NCBI GenBank assembly: GCA_965644295.1
Contig: CBFFRP010000169.1
Coordinates: 62,001 to 126,000 of the forward strand
Source: Paraphysomonas bandaiensis
Lineage: Eukaryota; Protista; Chrysophyceae
Direction of reading: 5' to 3'
DNA length: 64,000 bases
Positions 13,059 to 23,515 of this stretch are shown here, piece after piece (positions within the stretch are counted from its first letter, which is position 1; every line of letters starts with the position of its first letter). Below the pieces are notes generated by a model. It ran no database searches and was not told the DNA's origin. It saw only the letters and a program-made list of their open reading frames with translations. The translations under genes and the position numbers were made by a program.

Positions 13059-13781
13059 ATGCTTAAAATCAACGCAGCTACAAAACCACATGAACCCACC
13101 ACCCGGACCAAGCAACCCATAGTGACTGGATCCACAGTGATTGGTGTCAAGTACAATGGCGGTGTCATGCTGGCATCCGATACATTAGCCTCCTATGGGT
13201 CTTTGGCCCGTTATAAGGATGTCAGGAGAATAAGAAAGGTGGGGAATTCAACCATCATTGGTGCCTCTGGTGAGTACAGTGATTTCCAGTCGATTGTGGA
13301 GATGTTGGACGAGTTGCATCAGTCTGATGTGAATGTTGATGATGGCTATCAGCGCAATCCATCTGAAGTTCATAATTACCTTCGAGCTGTCTTGTACAAT
13401 CGAAGGAATAAATTTAACCCGCTCTGGAACCAGGTACTCGTTGCGGGATACACCAATGCACCATTTCTCGGATATGTCGATCTCATCGGTACTGCTTATG
13501 AGGAGAACTTCATTGCCACTGGGTTTGGAGCGTATATGGCTATCCCCATGATTCGCGACCGCTGGTCCCCTGATATGGAAGAGGGTGAAGCACGGGCCCT
13601 ATTGGAGGACTGTCTCCGTGTGTTGTTCTATCGCGACTGTCGTGCTTCGAATAAAATTCAAATTGCAAAAGCAACTGCGGACGGAACGCTCATCAGCGAG
13701 CCTTACGAGCTTTCAACGAACTGGGAGACTGCCACTTTTGATGCAAGACATGGCGGTGCACCAGATGGCTCATCCTGGTAA
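13059..13781 (+). CDS. PSMB4: 20S proteasome subunit beta type-4 (beta7/Pre4)
   Basis: TKQPIVTGSTVIGVKYNGGVMLASDTLASYGSLARY, YNRRNKFNPLWN, ATGFGAYMAIP and RVLFYRDCR are diagnostic. Confidence 0.96.
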   Translation: MLKINAATKPHEPTTRTKQPIVTGSTVIGVKYNGGVMLASDTLASYGSLARYKDVRRIRKVGNSTIIGASGEYSDFQSIVEMLDELHQSDVNVDDGYQRNPSEVHNYLRAVLYNRRNKFNPLWNQVLVAGYTNAPFLGYVDLIGTAYEENFIATGFGAYMAIPMIRDRWSPDMEEGEARALLEDCLRVLFYRDCRASNKIQIAKATADGTLISEPYELSTNWETATFDARHGGAPDGSSW

Positions 13782-14365
13782 ATGTTTACGATGTAACTGG
13801 GATAGAATTTGGATCAGTGGAACATTGGAAATAAATTAATTATGTCTTCTACTTGTAACATTACTATCCTAGAGGGGTATATTCGTATCGATACTCTACA
13901 ATATACAACCAATGCTGCTTGCTTCATAGTACCGAAATTACAAATTCAACACAGTGCTTCCGTACTCTGTAGTATTACGTATTGTCATTCCAATAACATG
14001 CGAAGCCCATTGAAATCTAGACAAAAATAATGTAGCTAGAAGTAATAGATAATAATAGTTGATATGATAGTAATTTGAGTCGAAGTAATGCTTGTACATT
14101 CCTCTAGAGAATGATATATAGTCCACAGTAAATATAGCTTCGTTGAGTTCAAATTAATTACGAATCCGGCTCATGTAAAATGAAACACGCTATAGTTCTA
14201 ATTACCGTGAGAACTGCACATTAGACTACAACTATAGTATTGATTAAATCTTTCACAGACTCCACACAAGATATTATAGGGCCCGGCCAGACAATAATGT
14301 CGGCAACCACAATATACTATATTTTTGGCTGCATACTGGAAATACTCATATTCCATCGGCTCGCA

Positions 14366-16244
14366 CTACGCACTTGCTTTTCTCTTTTGGCCAGTCATGC
14401 CATTGGCGACCTGTTTCTCATCGGAGTTACAAACGATACCATTCGCCGCCATTGTCTCCTGAACAGTCGTCATGCCAGCGACGATTGGGGCCCTATGACG
14501 GGCACAAAACTCCGTGATGCGGGAAATCGCCTCCCTCATCAGCTCTGGGGGTGGGCAGGTTACCAGCCGGAAGTACGATGGCATTCCAAAGCACTGACCA
14601 GGGAGTACAAAAACGTTTTCTTCCACAAGTAGTTTCGCCGAGAAATCTCTGTCGTCTTCGAAGCCCTGAAGACGGGATATATCGACATGAACCATCACGT
14701 ACATAGCTCCCTTTGGTTCAACTGCATTCAACTCAGGGCACTTCGCAGTCTCTGACATACAGATGGCGGTATTAGATCGAAGCAAATCCATGTACTCAGA
14801 ATTAAAGCGCTGAAGAGCTCGCTCATCGTGACTCCCGCGCTGGGGAGTCAGTACACGTGGAATTGCTGACTGGATGAGAGAGCAAGCCCCTATAGACAGA
14901 CTTTAATAAAAACAAAAGCAAGGCATTACAATATCTCCAAATATTAATAATCGAGCTACAACATCATCGCGTGGCATGGAATACCTAATATAAGTTGCGA
15001 GAGACTTTTAAGTCCATTTTTCACTTCGGCGGCTACCTTCGGCGTCGTAGTGGAACGATCGTACAAAACCACCCACCCCACTCTCCATCCCGGAACTATA
15101 AACTCCTTCGCAAGCCCTGAATATGAGGAAGACTCATCTAAAGGATATAGGACAACATGCTGACATGACTTACCGCCCACAGCTATAACAGGTATCTCCC
15201 CACTGAGAGCACTAATCGATGTGAAGATTCCATTGAATACGCACCCGCCGTATATTTCGTCTGCAATGATGGGGAGCTGGTGCTTTCTACACGCTGCTGT
15301 TAGAGATATAGGGCATAGTGCACAGTCATACGACACTAACATTACACCAAACAACTCCTTACATATAACTTCATAGTACAGCATGTACAATAGCATTATA
15401 CACTGCTAGGTAATATTTATCAAATCACCTGGCAACCGCCACTATCGTATTAAGGTGCTCTGCTGAATAGCTGGATCCACAAGGGTTAGACGGATTCGTG
15501 ATCAAGATGGCCTTCGTATTTGAGTCCACTAAGCTGTCCATGTGCTCTACATCACACTCCCAATCGGCCTCAGGCTATGATACAGTGGTCTTGTGAAAAG
15601 TCTAAATTTACAACGTAGTGAGTAATTGATTACCTTCAGGTCGTAGTGTTTGACAGACCCTCCAAGAGAGTCTACAATGACTTGATACAAGGGAAAGCCT
15701 GGTCTGGGGACAAGTATATTATCTCCTATTGGTACGCGTATCAACGACAACACTCAAACAAAATAAACTAATTTTTACCTTCATCCACCAAAACGGAAAT
15801 CGCTAATTCTAATGCTCCTGAACATCCAGAGCATATTACAACATCGTCATCAGTAACCACACAGTCAGAGTGAGAATAGAGCTCCGCAATAGATTTCCTA
15901 GCAGCAGGAGAACCAGTGGACGGTAGGTATCCATTGACTGCCTCACCACTATACCATACAGCGATAAGCAACCAATGCATTCAGGAGTAGTGTACACCAC
16001 TCATGTATCATATATATAAAGCCATACAATGACACAGTATATAAATAGATAACACTTACGCTAAACACTCCTTCACAGCATCTGCTAACACACTAGGACA
16101 TTTCAAGTTCCCATAACAGGTGGGGTCACCAAGAGCTAGATTCAAGAGTTTCTTGGGGTGATTTTGAGGGGGCTTTAGATTATCGACAATGGCCCTTATG
16201 GGATTGTGAGTTCTATTGGCTTTCTTAGAGGGGAGGAGCTTCAT
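14366..16244 (-). CDS. TAT: Tyrosine aminotransferase (PLP-dependent class I/II), multi-exon
   Basis: RTHNPIRAIVD, LALGDPT, NGYLPSTG, SGCSGALE, PRPGFPLY, TNPSNPCGS, IIADEIY, G|GLAKEFIVPGWRVGW, PKGAMYVMV, EENVFVLPGQCF. Confidence 0.93.
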
Positions 16245-16890
16245 ATTAAGCCGATTGTTAGTTAGGATAACGGTAAGTGTAGGGTTAATGGGCTCAATAT
16301 CTAGTAGCTGTGTTGAATATATGCACTTCTTCCATACCATACATACGACACCACAGGGGCGAACATCCACTGCGGCAGTACCGCCGTGTAATAAGGTATT
16401 ATGTGGTAGTATTGGTATGTAGACCAGGAAATCCTACGATATGTATATCTCGGGCATCTACTTCGTACTATATGTAATGTACAGATACGGTTGTAGGCTC
16501 CTGAGCCGCTCGTCTTATACGCTGCTGCTGGTGATATCAAAATCTAGAATTGTGTGACAACTTTCTGTAAAAGTATGACTTTATAAAAAAATCCAAAGTT
16601 TTAATAAAATCTATAAACCTGGTAGGAATTTCTACCATACAGCAGTGTATGATGAATATACTGCTGAAAATGCCCCTTCGAATATATCGTAGGATGGTAG
16701 ATATACACTTCTGCTATAGTATAACAATGACATCAACTTATACATATCCCACACGTAATAGATAGTAATGCCTCAGGATACCCCTATGACCCACCCACCC
16801 GCCTCACCATCTCCCAGACACCCTCCAGACATAGCTTCACCAAATATATGTGCTATTAACATCCTTATGACCCGACACCAATGAACTAAT

Positions 16891-18168
16891 ATGTCCACCC
16901 CCCCTTCTCAGTACACTCTATACGCCAATTTATTTCGTCGTATAATTCTCGAAAAGGGTAATAATGAGACAATTTTACAAAAAATATTACCAAATAATCA
17001 AAAAATGGACGAAATAATTCCAAATGAAAAATTTCAATTATTCGTCGAATCTTTCTTCCAATCAGATGAATTGACTGACGATATCATACAAGCTTCCTCA
17101 AACTTCGCATTGACTTTGATACGCTTGTTAGATATGAACAATATGGGGCATATTTTCTCTACTGAAATCATGGAGTTTTTGTATCCCTCAGTCTCGACTA
17201 GAATACCCCCCCGTATACTTGTATCCACTATAGGGGGGGGGGTTACCAGGCTACTAGGGAGCAGCGTAGACAGACATAATATATACGAACTCTTGTCTTT
17301 AAAGACTGGTATTCCAGTCCATCCAAAGGACGGATTGCTTGATATTCCTTCTCTCAAACGAAGTCTACGTCTGCTGATGCACAGATCCTCCTGTGTGGAG
17401 GATACGGATGCGTTTGTAGACAGTTTCAACACGTGTGTTAGCGATAGTACACATATTCGCTCAGATAACATCTTATCTGTATTGTTTCCAGCTGAGAGGA
17501 GACACTCACTGACTCCCTCATATCACACTACTCCTCAAGGGATAAACGGAACTGATGTTAAGTATATCGGCATGCACCCATCTGTTGATATGTCGAGATA
17601 CACTCTTGCATCAGTGGAAAGCAATGAGTTTAAGGAAGGTATGCTGGATAGTCAGTGCGAATCTCAAGTGTTCGATATTCTCTTGAGACGCAGTGTTGAG
17701 AATGAAATTGTGAATGTAAACGAAGCTTTCGAGCGGGTCAGGAGGGTTGCGCGTGAGGAATATGAACGTATAGAATATGAGGTAAAGCTTGAAATTGCAA
17801 ATGAAGAGCGACTCGCTGATCAAAAAAAGCAGCATTTTGAGAGTCAACGGCATAATGGAGTGGATATCGTACAACTGGATGACATAAAGTATTTTGAAGG
17901 TATTCACCCATCTCCAGTCAACTGGATGAGTAAACTATGTTCTATTTGGGGGATTAATTCTGCTCACAATAACAACTGTGATAATATTACTTGTAATTAC
18001 GTTTTAGATATTAGTAAGTTTTGTGGAACTTTTTCTTCTTGGATTCGCAGTAGTTGTGTAGTTTTGTGCGGTCGGTCGAGGGCTAAACCATGGATGTATT
18101 TTTTTGTGGTAATACTAGGTGTGTGTACTATGTCTATGCTCTCCAGATATATTAAATATAGTCAGTAG
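16891..18168 (+). CDS. Uncharacterised protein with a degenerate EF-hand, coiled coil and C-terminal transmembrane helix
   Basis: 425-aa ORF. LDMNNMGHIFSTEIMEFL is EF-hand-like; C-terminal WMYFFVVILGVCTMSML is hydrophobic. Confidence 0.6.
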   Translation: MSTPPSQYTLYANLFRRIILEKGNNETILQKILPNNQKMDEIIPNEKFQLFVESFFQSDELTDDIIQASSNFALTLIRLLDMNNMGHIFSTEIMEFLYPSVSTRIPPRILVSTIGGGVTRLLGSSVDRHNIYELLSLKTGIPVHPKDGLLDIPSLKRSLRLLMHRSSCVEDTDAFVDSFNTCVSDSTHIRSDNILSVLFPAERRHSLTPSYHTTPQGINGTDVKYIGMHPSVDMSRYTLASVESNEFKEGMLDSQCESQVFDILLRRSVENEIVNVNEAFERVRRVAREEYERIEYEVKLEIANEERLADQKKQHFESQRHNGVDIVQLDDIKYFEGIHPSPVNWMSKLCSIWGINSAHNNNCDNITCNYVLDISKFCGTFSSWIRSSCVVLCGRSRAKPWMYFFVVILGVCTMSMLSRYIKYSQ

Positions 18169-18431
18169 AGATATCAAACACTTAAAAAATATTTACTGCA
18201 AATTTATGCGATGTTAAAAATCAAAGGTCGAGTAGCATATTTTCAGTGCGAGATGATAGGATAAATTTCAAAATATGGGTAACGTAACAAACGCAGAATT
18301 AATAGAATGATTATGGTTACACATAACATTCAGCGAGTGGCACACATCAAAGAGGTCTCCACGTAGGTTCATCATTGTCTCAAAAATTGCTAGATACATG
18401 TATGGAGAAATAGTTAACCATAAGGAGCGAG

Positions 18432-18841
18432 CCCTCAACAAAGTCAGACTCGCACCTTTTCGTGGTGTACTCTGGGGGATAAGTACCGGAGATATTTCTA
18501 CGGAAAACTAACGTGAGCCGCACACATATAGTCAGCCGATAATTTCTGCCCACTCATAGCCGAATGCTTGTGTAGTACAAGAAGTACAAGGGACACTAAT
18601 AAGTTATAAGTGTCACTTGTGTAGACCCTGACGAATAAACAGGCATCAAGGGTATCCAGGGTATTGGGCTGCCTGATAAAGTCAAGTATTCGGGTTGTGG
18701 TCATTTTAAGGACTCAAAGATTCTGAAATTAATGGATGCCAAGTATATATCAACATTCTGCTTGCTCAATGCGTTTGCTTTGTGTGATAGAGCGGGGTTA
18801 AATATTGACTCTTAAACGCCTATTGCTGAAAATAAGACATT
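18432..18841 (+). repeat. Dispersed structured repeat, copy 3, interrupted near its 3' end by the LTR element (continues at 23516-23524)
   Basis: CCCTCAACAAAG..GACTCGCACCTTTTCGTGGTGTAC..GGAGATATTTCTACGGAAAACTAAC matches the reverse complement of 10750-10828. AATAAGACATT|CACTA is split by the insertion. Confidence 0.85.
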
Positions 18842-19421
18842 TGTAGCAAAATTGGGTATGACAAGTATGGGTGATTTAGGAGGTTGTTATGGCTGAAGAA
18901 TAAGATGAAGTGATGTAGGTTGTAGTATGAAATGAGATGTAGATGGTAGTTATGATTAGATTAGAAGATACGAGTATTAAGGCCAGATATAGGGTTGGAG
19001 TGTACCGGAACTACCCGTACATACGGATGTAACGGACGTTCATGGTAACCCGTACAGTATTATGATGGTATACGTAGGTATTCTGTAGGATGATATAGGA
19101 GTAGATAGCAGGATGTTAAGGGATTTCTATATGATTATTTCTGGAAGTAGAAAACTAGCTATTTATGGCTGGGAAACCACTTCTAGAATTAACTATGGGG
19201 ATATAGGTAGAAGGATATGGAGTTTTAGATATAATAGTGAAAGTTGAATTGTAGTTGTTGAAAGTTAAGAAGTAGCGAAGTAAAGAGTAAGAAGAGGAAG
19301 TTAAGTGAAGAGTGTTGTGAGAAGACTATCCTACCCCACATCACCTGTGCACATGGACAGGGATGATAAGACCAGCAATGTTAGTCATGATAGCGAGGCT
19401 CAATCACCCGTAGTCGTTACA
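18842..19421 (+). repeat. 5' LTR (580 bp)
   Basis: Identical by eye to 22935-23515 except for one extra T at 23341. Confidence 0.96.
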
Positions 19422-22400
19422 CTTGGTGGACAACGTGGGCTGGGTACAGTGGTTGAGAGTGATCAACTCAGCCATGCGTCACCCAGCGCACTATCGGCAC
19501 GATCTCGGAGAGAGCCTTTGCCAGAAGAGGGAAACATTGAGAGTATCAGCCTAGACCATGAGGGAGAGGAGAGACAGGAGACTAAGGAGGAACTGCGGTC
19601 CCATGCACAGAAGGACCTATTGGAGCACGGGCTGAGGATGCAGAGTATGGATGACAGGAAAGGTGGAACCCAACCCAATTGGTCTGGAAGGTCTACAGAG
19701 CAGATAGAATGGATGCGTGATCCTATTCTTGGAGGCAGAGACTTGGAGATGGGGGATAGGAGTAGTAGAGATGATATGAAGAGCTCGTGGAGGAGCACAG
19801 GAAGAGAAGAGAAGATTAAAAGGAGAGATGTTTACGCAAGAGCAGATGATGTGAGGGGCCCATCAGGAGGTCCTGGATATATTAGAAGAAAGGATTATGC
19901 AACAGATGAAGATGTAAGGGGCCCATTAGGAGGTCCTGGAGATGATTATATGAAAGATGAAGATGTAAGGGGCCCATTAGGAGGTCCTGGAGATGATTAT
20001 ATGAAAGATGAAGATTTAAGGGGCCCATTAGGAGGTCCTGGATATGCCAGAAGAGATGATTATATGAAAGATGAAGATTTGAGGGGCCCATCAGGAGGTC
20101 CTAGATATAGTAGAAGAGAGGATTATGCAACTGAAGAAGATATGAGGGGCCCATCAGGAGGTCCTAGATATAGTAGAAGAAATGATTATATGAAAGATGA
20201 AGATTTGAGGGGCCCATCAGGAGGTCCTGGATATAGTAAAAGAGAGGATTATGTGAGAGAAGTGAATTTTAGGGACCTATCCAGAGGTCTTGGTGAAGAG
20301 ATAGAAAAGCAGATGAGAGTACCTGAATGGCTGGTGGAGCCTAGTAGAGAACGGAGTGTAAAAGGACAGATTGGGAGATTAAGTAGAAGTGTACAGAGTG
20401 AAAGAGAGTTGCATCGACTGTTGATGAAAGAATTAGAAATAGGAGTAGGGAATGAAGGGTTGACTGCAGCGCACCGTCAGGCGTGTGAATATTGGCTCCG
20501 GAATCGAAGAAGACTATTGAGTGGTAGTATGGAGACGGGTATAAAGATGCTCAGCCAGCTGACTGAACTAAACCGAATAGGGGAGAGGATACAGTATGTG
20601 GAGGCTCAGCAAGAGGCGCTATTAGCTGCTAGGAAGGAGTTATCAGAGAAGGCAAGGATGTTGTGGATACAGAAAGGAGAGAGCATGTGTGATAGCAATA
20701 GAAGGACCTTAGACAGGATGCGTGTAATGGAGGAAGTTGATGAAACAGATAGTGATGACTGGGAGAACAGCGCAGGAGTATATAGGAAGGGAGTGATGAG
20801 AGGGCCTTTATCAGGAATACAAACTATGACACGGGAAGAAGCAGAGACATGTGGATATAAGACATTCTGCCGCTGGTGTAATATGGTGGGAAAGGAGTAC
20901 AAGAGTAGTCTGGATAGGCAGTTAGAGGAAAAGTGTCAGAGTTTTCTGAGGACTCGGAATGTTGCGCAGCATGTGTTTGACTTGTTGGGGAAGATACCCA
21001 TACCTCGATGGATGAGGATGGAGACCGCAGGAAAGCTGAGATTCCAACCTATAGACTTTGATGCTTTAGGACGCTCAACAGGAATGGTGAAGAGAGTGGA
21101 TTGTGTCCAGTTCTTTGATAGTCTTTATGCAGCAGCGCATACTGCGAATATGTCACCCATGAGAATATTAGCGGAGATAAGAGGAGGAACAGTATTCAAA
21201 GGAGAGTTAGCTGAAGAGGTGAGATGGAGAATGGCATCAGGTGATTTCGAGATGGACATAGATAGGAACAGACGAGGAGAGGAGACCCCTGAGACGGATG
21301 TTGTGGCATGGGGATATGCACTGTATCAGTTCTCCATATTGTTTACAGAAGCCTTCGGGGTAAAGATGGATCCTGCAGTATTAATGATGGAGATCGATAG
21401 GTTCGAGTTATCCGACGAATCACCACAGGCGTTTGAGAAGTCTCTGATGGAGTTAAGATACTTAATTACTCAAGCGGGAGTAACTGAGCCAGAGAGAGAG
21501 TTATATCACAAGTTCAAGGTGAAGACTATAGATATGCCACGAGTAGGTAAAAGAGTAGCAGATGAAGTGGAGAGCATTATCCAAATAAAGCAGTGTATGG
21601 GAGTGAGGAACGTGCAATATGATCGGAACTTTTTAGTGTCTACTGTTGCACAGATTGTACCTCGGATAGTGGATCAAGACAGTCTTAACAGTAAGAGTGA
21701 AAAGATGGTAAGGTCGCATGGAGTGTATGCGGGAAGAGCAGCTCCAGAAAAGTGTGAACGAAGGATAGATGGACTAGATAGAAGTACTCGACCATGGAAG
21801 TTCCTTAAGTGTGAGACATGTGGGTTTAAACACTATATGAACCGTTTTTGTCCATTTAGAGATGATAGGAAGAAAGATGATGGGACATATATGAAATGTG
21901 CGGAGTTTAACGGATATAAGCCATGGAGATTTGCTAAGTTTGAAGCGAAGACTTTAGAGAAGATATTTGAGGTCATGAAGCAAAATAGCAAGGCGTGGCA
22001 AGAACTTGGAGATGTGCTGAGAAGAAAATTCGTACAAATGGTAGCCGATGCAAAAGAAGAGCAGGTGAAGAGTATGATGAATGTCTTACATCATGTACGG
22101 ACCGTAGGAGAGCCGACCAAGGAAAGGGTAGAGGAAGCCAGAGGATTAGAGACGGTGAAGTCAGAAGATGGAAACCAGCAAGTGTCTAATAGAAAAGTCA
22201 GTGTGGCACATACGATGACGTCACCGGTACAACATGATGATAAGAAGATAAGGATGGATACTTTAACTTGGTGGTGTGGAGAATCGATTGTAAGAGGAGA
22301 GACAATACCGATGGCAATTCATGTGGATGGTGGATCAGAAGGAGCATTCATGCATGAAGGGCTAGCAGAGGAAATGGGTTTAGAAGTTCATGAGTATCCA

Positions 22401-22844
22401 AGGGATCAACAATACCTGGTGATGGGAGCTACAGGACAAGGAGGATGTCCGGAACGAGTGACAAAGTATGTATATCTATGTATGCGGATAGACGGAGTGG
22501 AGTATTATGGTGAAATGTTGGGAGAATTGAAGACTGGACATCCGATACAGAGCATATGGAAGTGTAAGTTTGATCTGATACCTAATATGACGGCTTCGTG
22601 CTTATGGGGAGGAGCGGAGGTGAAGGAGTTGAAAGAGCATCGTGCCTTTGTGGTGAGAACACCAGAGGGTATACCTGTTGTCATGAAAGGAAAGTCATAC
22701 GCAGAAACAATGAAATGGATGGCTAAGACGAGACATCGGGTAGCAGAACATCCAGTGTATCAAGGTAATATCACGGAAGGACGGAGGGTCAATACTGTGT
22801 GGAAGATAAGCCAATACCCTAACCAGTACTGTGTAAGACAATGA
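19353..22844 (+). CDS. gag: Gag-aspartyl protease polyprotein (no pol enzymes)
   Basis: Uninterrupted ORF. CCHC-like knuckle CETCGFKHYMNRFC and retropepsin-like IHVDGGSEGAFMHEGLAEEMGL. No YxDD RT motif, RNase H or DDE core. First ATG (19353) lies inside the 5' LTR. Confidence 0.85.
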   Translation: MDRDDKTSNVSHDSEAQSPVVVTLGGQRGLGTVVESDQLSHASPSALSARSRREPLPEEGNIESISLDHEGEERQETKEELRSHAQKDLLEHGLRMQSMDDRKGGTQPNWSGRSTEQIEWMRDPILGGRDLEMGDRSSRDDMKSSWRSTGREEKIKRRDVYARADDVRGPSGGPGYIRRKDYATDEDVRGPLGGPGDDYMKDEDVRGPLGGPGDDYMKDEDLRGPLGGPGYARRDDYMKDEDLRGPSGGPRYSRREDYATEEDMRGPSGGPRYSRRNDYMKDEDLRGPSGGPGYSKREDYVREVNFRDLSRGLGEEIEKQMRVPEWLVEPSRERSVKGQIGRLSRSVQSERELHRLLMKELEIGVGNEGLTAAHRQACEYWLRNRRRLLSGSMETGIKMLSQLTELNRIGERIQYVEAQQEALLAARKELSEKARMLWIQKGESMCDSNRRTLDRMRVMEEVDETDSDDWENSAGVYRKGVMRGPLSGIQTMTREEAETCGYKTFCRWCNMVGKEYKSSLDRQLEEKCQSFLRTRNVAQHVFDLLGKIPIPRWMRMETAGKLRFQPIDFDALGRSTGMVKRVDCVQFFDSLYAAAHTANMSPMRILAEIRGGTVFKGELAEEVRWRMASGDFEMDIDRNRRGEETPETDVVAWGYALYQFSILFTEAFGVKMDPAVLMMEIDRFELSDESPQAFEKSLMELRYLITQAGVTEPERELYHKFKVKTIDMPRVGKRVADEVESIIQIKQCMGVRNVQYDRNFLVSTVAQIVPRIVDQDSLNSKSEKMVRSHGVYAGRAAPEKCERRIDGLDRSTRPWKFLKCETCGFKHYMNRFCPFRDDRKKDDGTYMKCAEFNGYKPWRFAKFEAKTLEKIFEVMKQNSKAWQELGDVLRRKFVQMVADAKEEQVKSMMNVLHHVRTVGEPTKERVEEARGLETVKSEDGNQQVSNRKVSVAHTMTSPVQHDDKKIRMDTLTWWCGESIVRGETIPMAIHVDGGSEGAFMHEGLAEEMGLEVHEYPRDQQYLVMGATGQGGCPERVTKYVYLCMRIDGVEYYGEMLGELKTGHPIQSIWKCKFDLIPNMTASCLWGGAEVKELKEHRAFVVRTPEGIPVVMKGKSYAETMKWMAKTRHRVAEHPVYQGNITEGRRVNTVWKISQYPNQYCVRQ
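19424..19440 (+). promoter_or_regulatory. Primer-binding site, probably tRNA-Ala
   Basis: TGGTGGACAACGTGGGC starts after a 2-nt spacer (CT) behind the 5' LTR. Its complement ends ...GTCCACCA, the usual tRNA-Ala 3' end. Confidence 0.75.
19848..20265 (+). repeat. Coding tandem repeat in Gag: 7 units of D(V/L/M)RGP(S/L)GGP.., 63 or 51 bp
   Basis: Units of 21 aa (DLRGPSGGPRYSRREDYATEE type) and 17 aa (DVRGPLGGPGDDYMKDE type). Confidence 0.92.
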
Positions 22845-22925
22845 TACAGGATGAATCTGTGAGAGTTCATGTGGTCAATATGAAGCCAGATTGTTATGTT
22901 GTTGGACCTATTCAGGTCTTGGATT

Positions 22926-22934
22926 AGGGGGAAG
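22926..22934 (+). promoter_or_regulatory. Polypurine tract
   Basis: AGGGGGAAG immediately precedes the TG of the 3' LTR. Confidence 0.75.
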
Positions 22935-23515
22935 TGTAGCAAAATTGGGTATGACAAGTATGGGTGATTTAGGAGGTTGTTATGGCTGAAGAATAAGATG
23001 AAGTGATGTAGGTTGTAGTATGAAATGAGATGTAGATGGTAGTTATGATTAGATTAGAAGATACGAGTATTAAGGCCAGATATAGGGTTGGAGTGTACCG
23101 GAACTACCCGTACATACGGATGTAACGGACGTTCATGGTAACCCGTACAGTATTATGATGGTATACGTAGGTATTCTGTAGGATGATATAGGAGTAGATA
23201 GCAGGATGTTAAGGGATTTCTATATGATTATTTCTGGAAGTAGAAAACTAGCTATTTATGGCTGGGAAACCACTTCTAGAATTAACTATGGGGATATAGG
23301 TAGAAGGATATGGAGTTTTAGATATAATAGTGAAAGTTGATATTGTAGTTGTTGAAAGTTAAGAAGTAGCGAAGTAAAGAGTAAGAAGAGGAAGTTAAGT
23401 GAAGAGTGTTGTGAGAAGACTATCCTACCCCACATCACCTGTGCACATGGACAGGGATGATAAGACCAGCAATGTTAGTCATGATAGCGAGGCTCAATCA
23501 CCCGTAGTCGTTACA
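22935..23515 (+). repeat. 3' LTR (581 bp)
   Basis: Direct repeat of 18842-19421. Confidence 0.96.

Larger units (their letters stand above)
18842..23515 (+). mobile_element. LTR retrotransposon (Ty3/gypsy-like), non-autonomous gag-protease-only, 4,674 bp, 4-bp TSD CATT
   Basis: TGTA...TACA LTRs at 18842-19421 and 22935-23515. CATT at 18838-18841 and 23516-23519. PBS and PPT present. One internal ORF. Confidence 0.95.

Noticed and set aside
19424-19440. tRNA gene
   Set aside because: Only a short complement of a tRNA 3' end including CCA, i.e. a PBS; no cloverleaf.
19848-20265. CRISPR-like array of regularly spaced repeats
   Set aside because: The units are in-frame coding repeats inside gag, the intervening parts are themselves related, there are no cas genes, and the context is eukaryotic.
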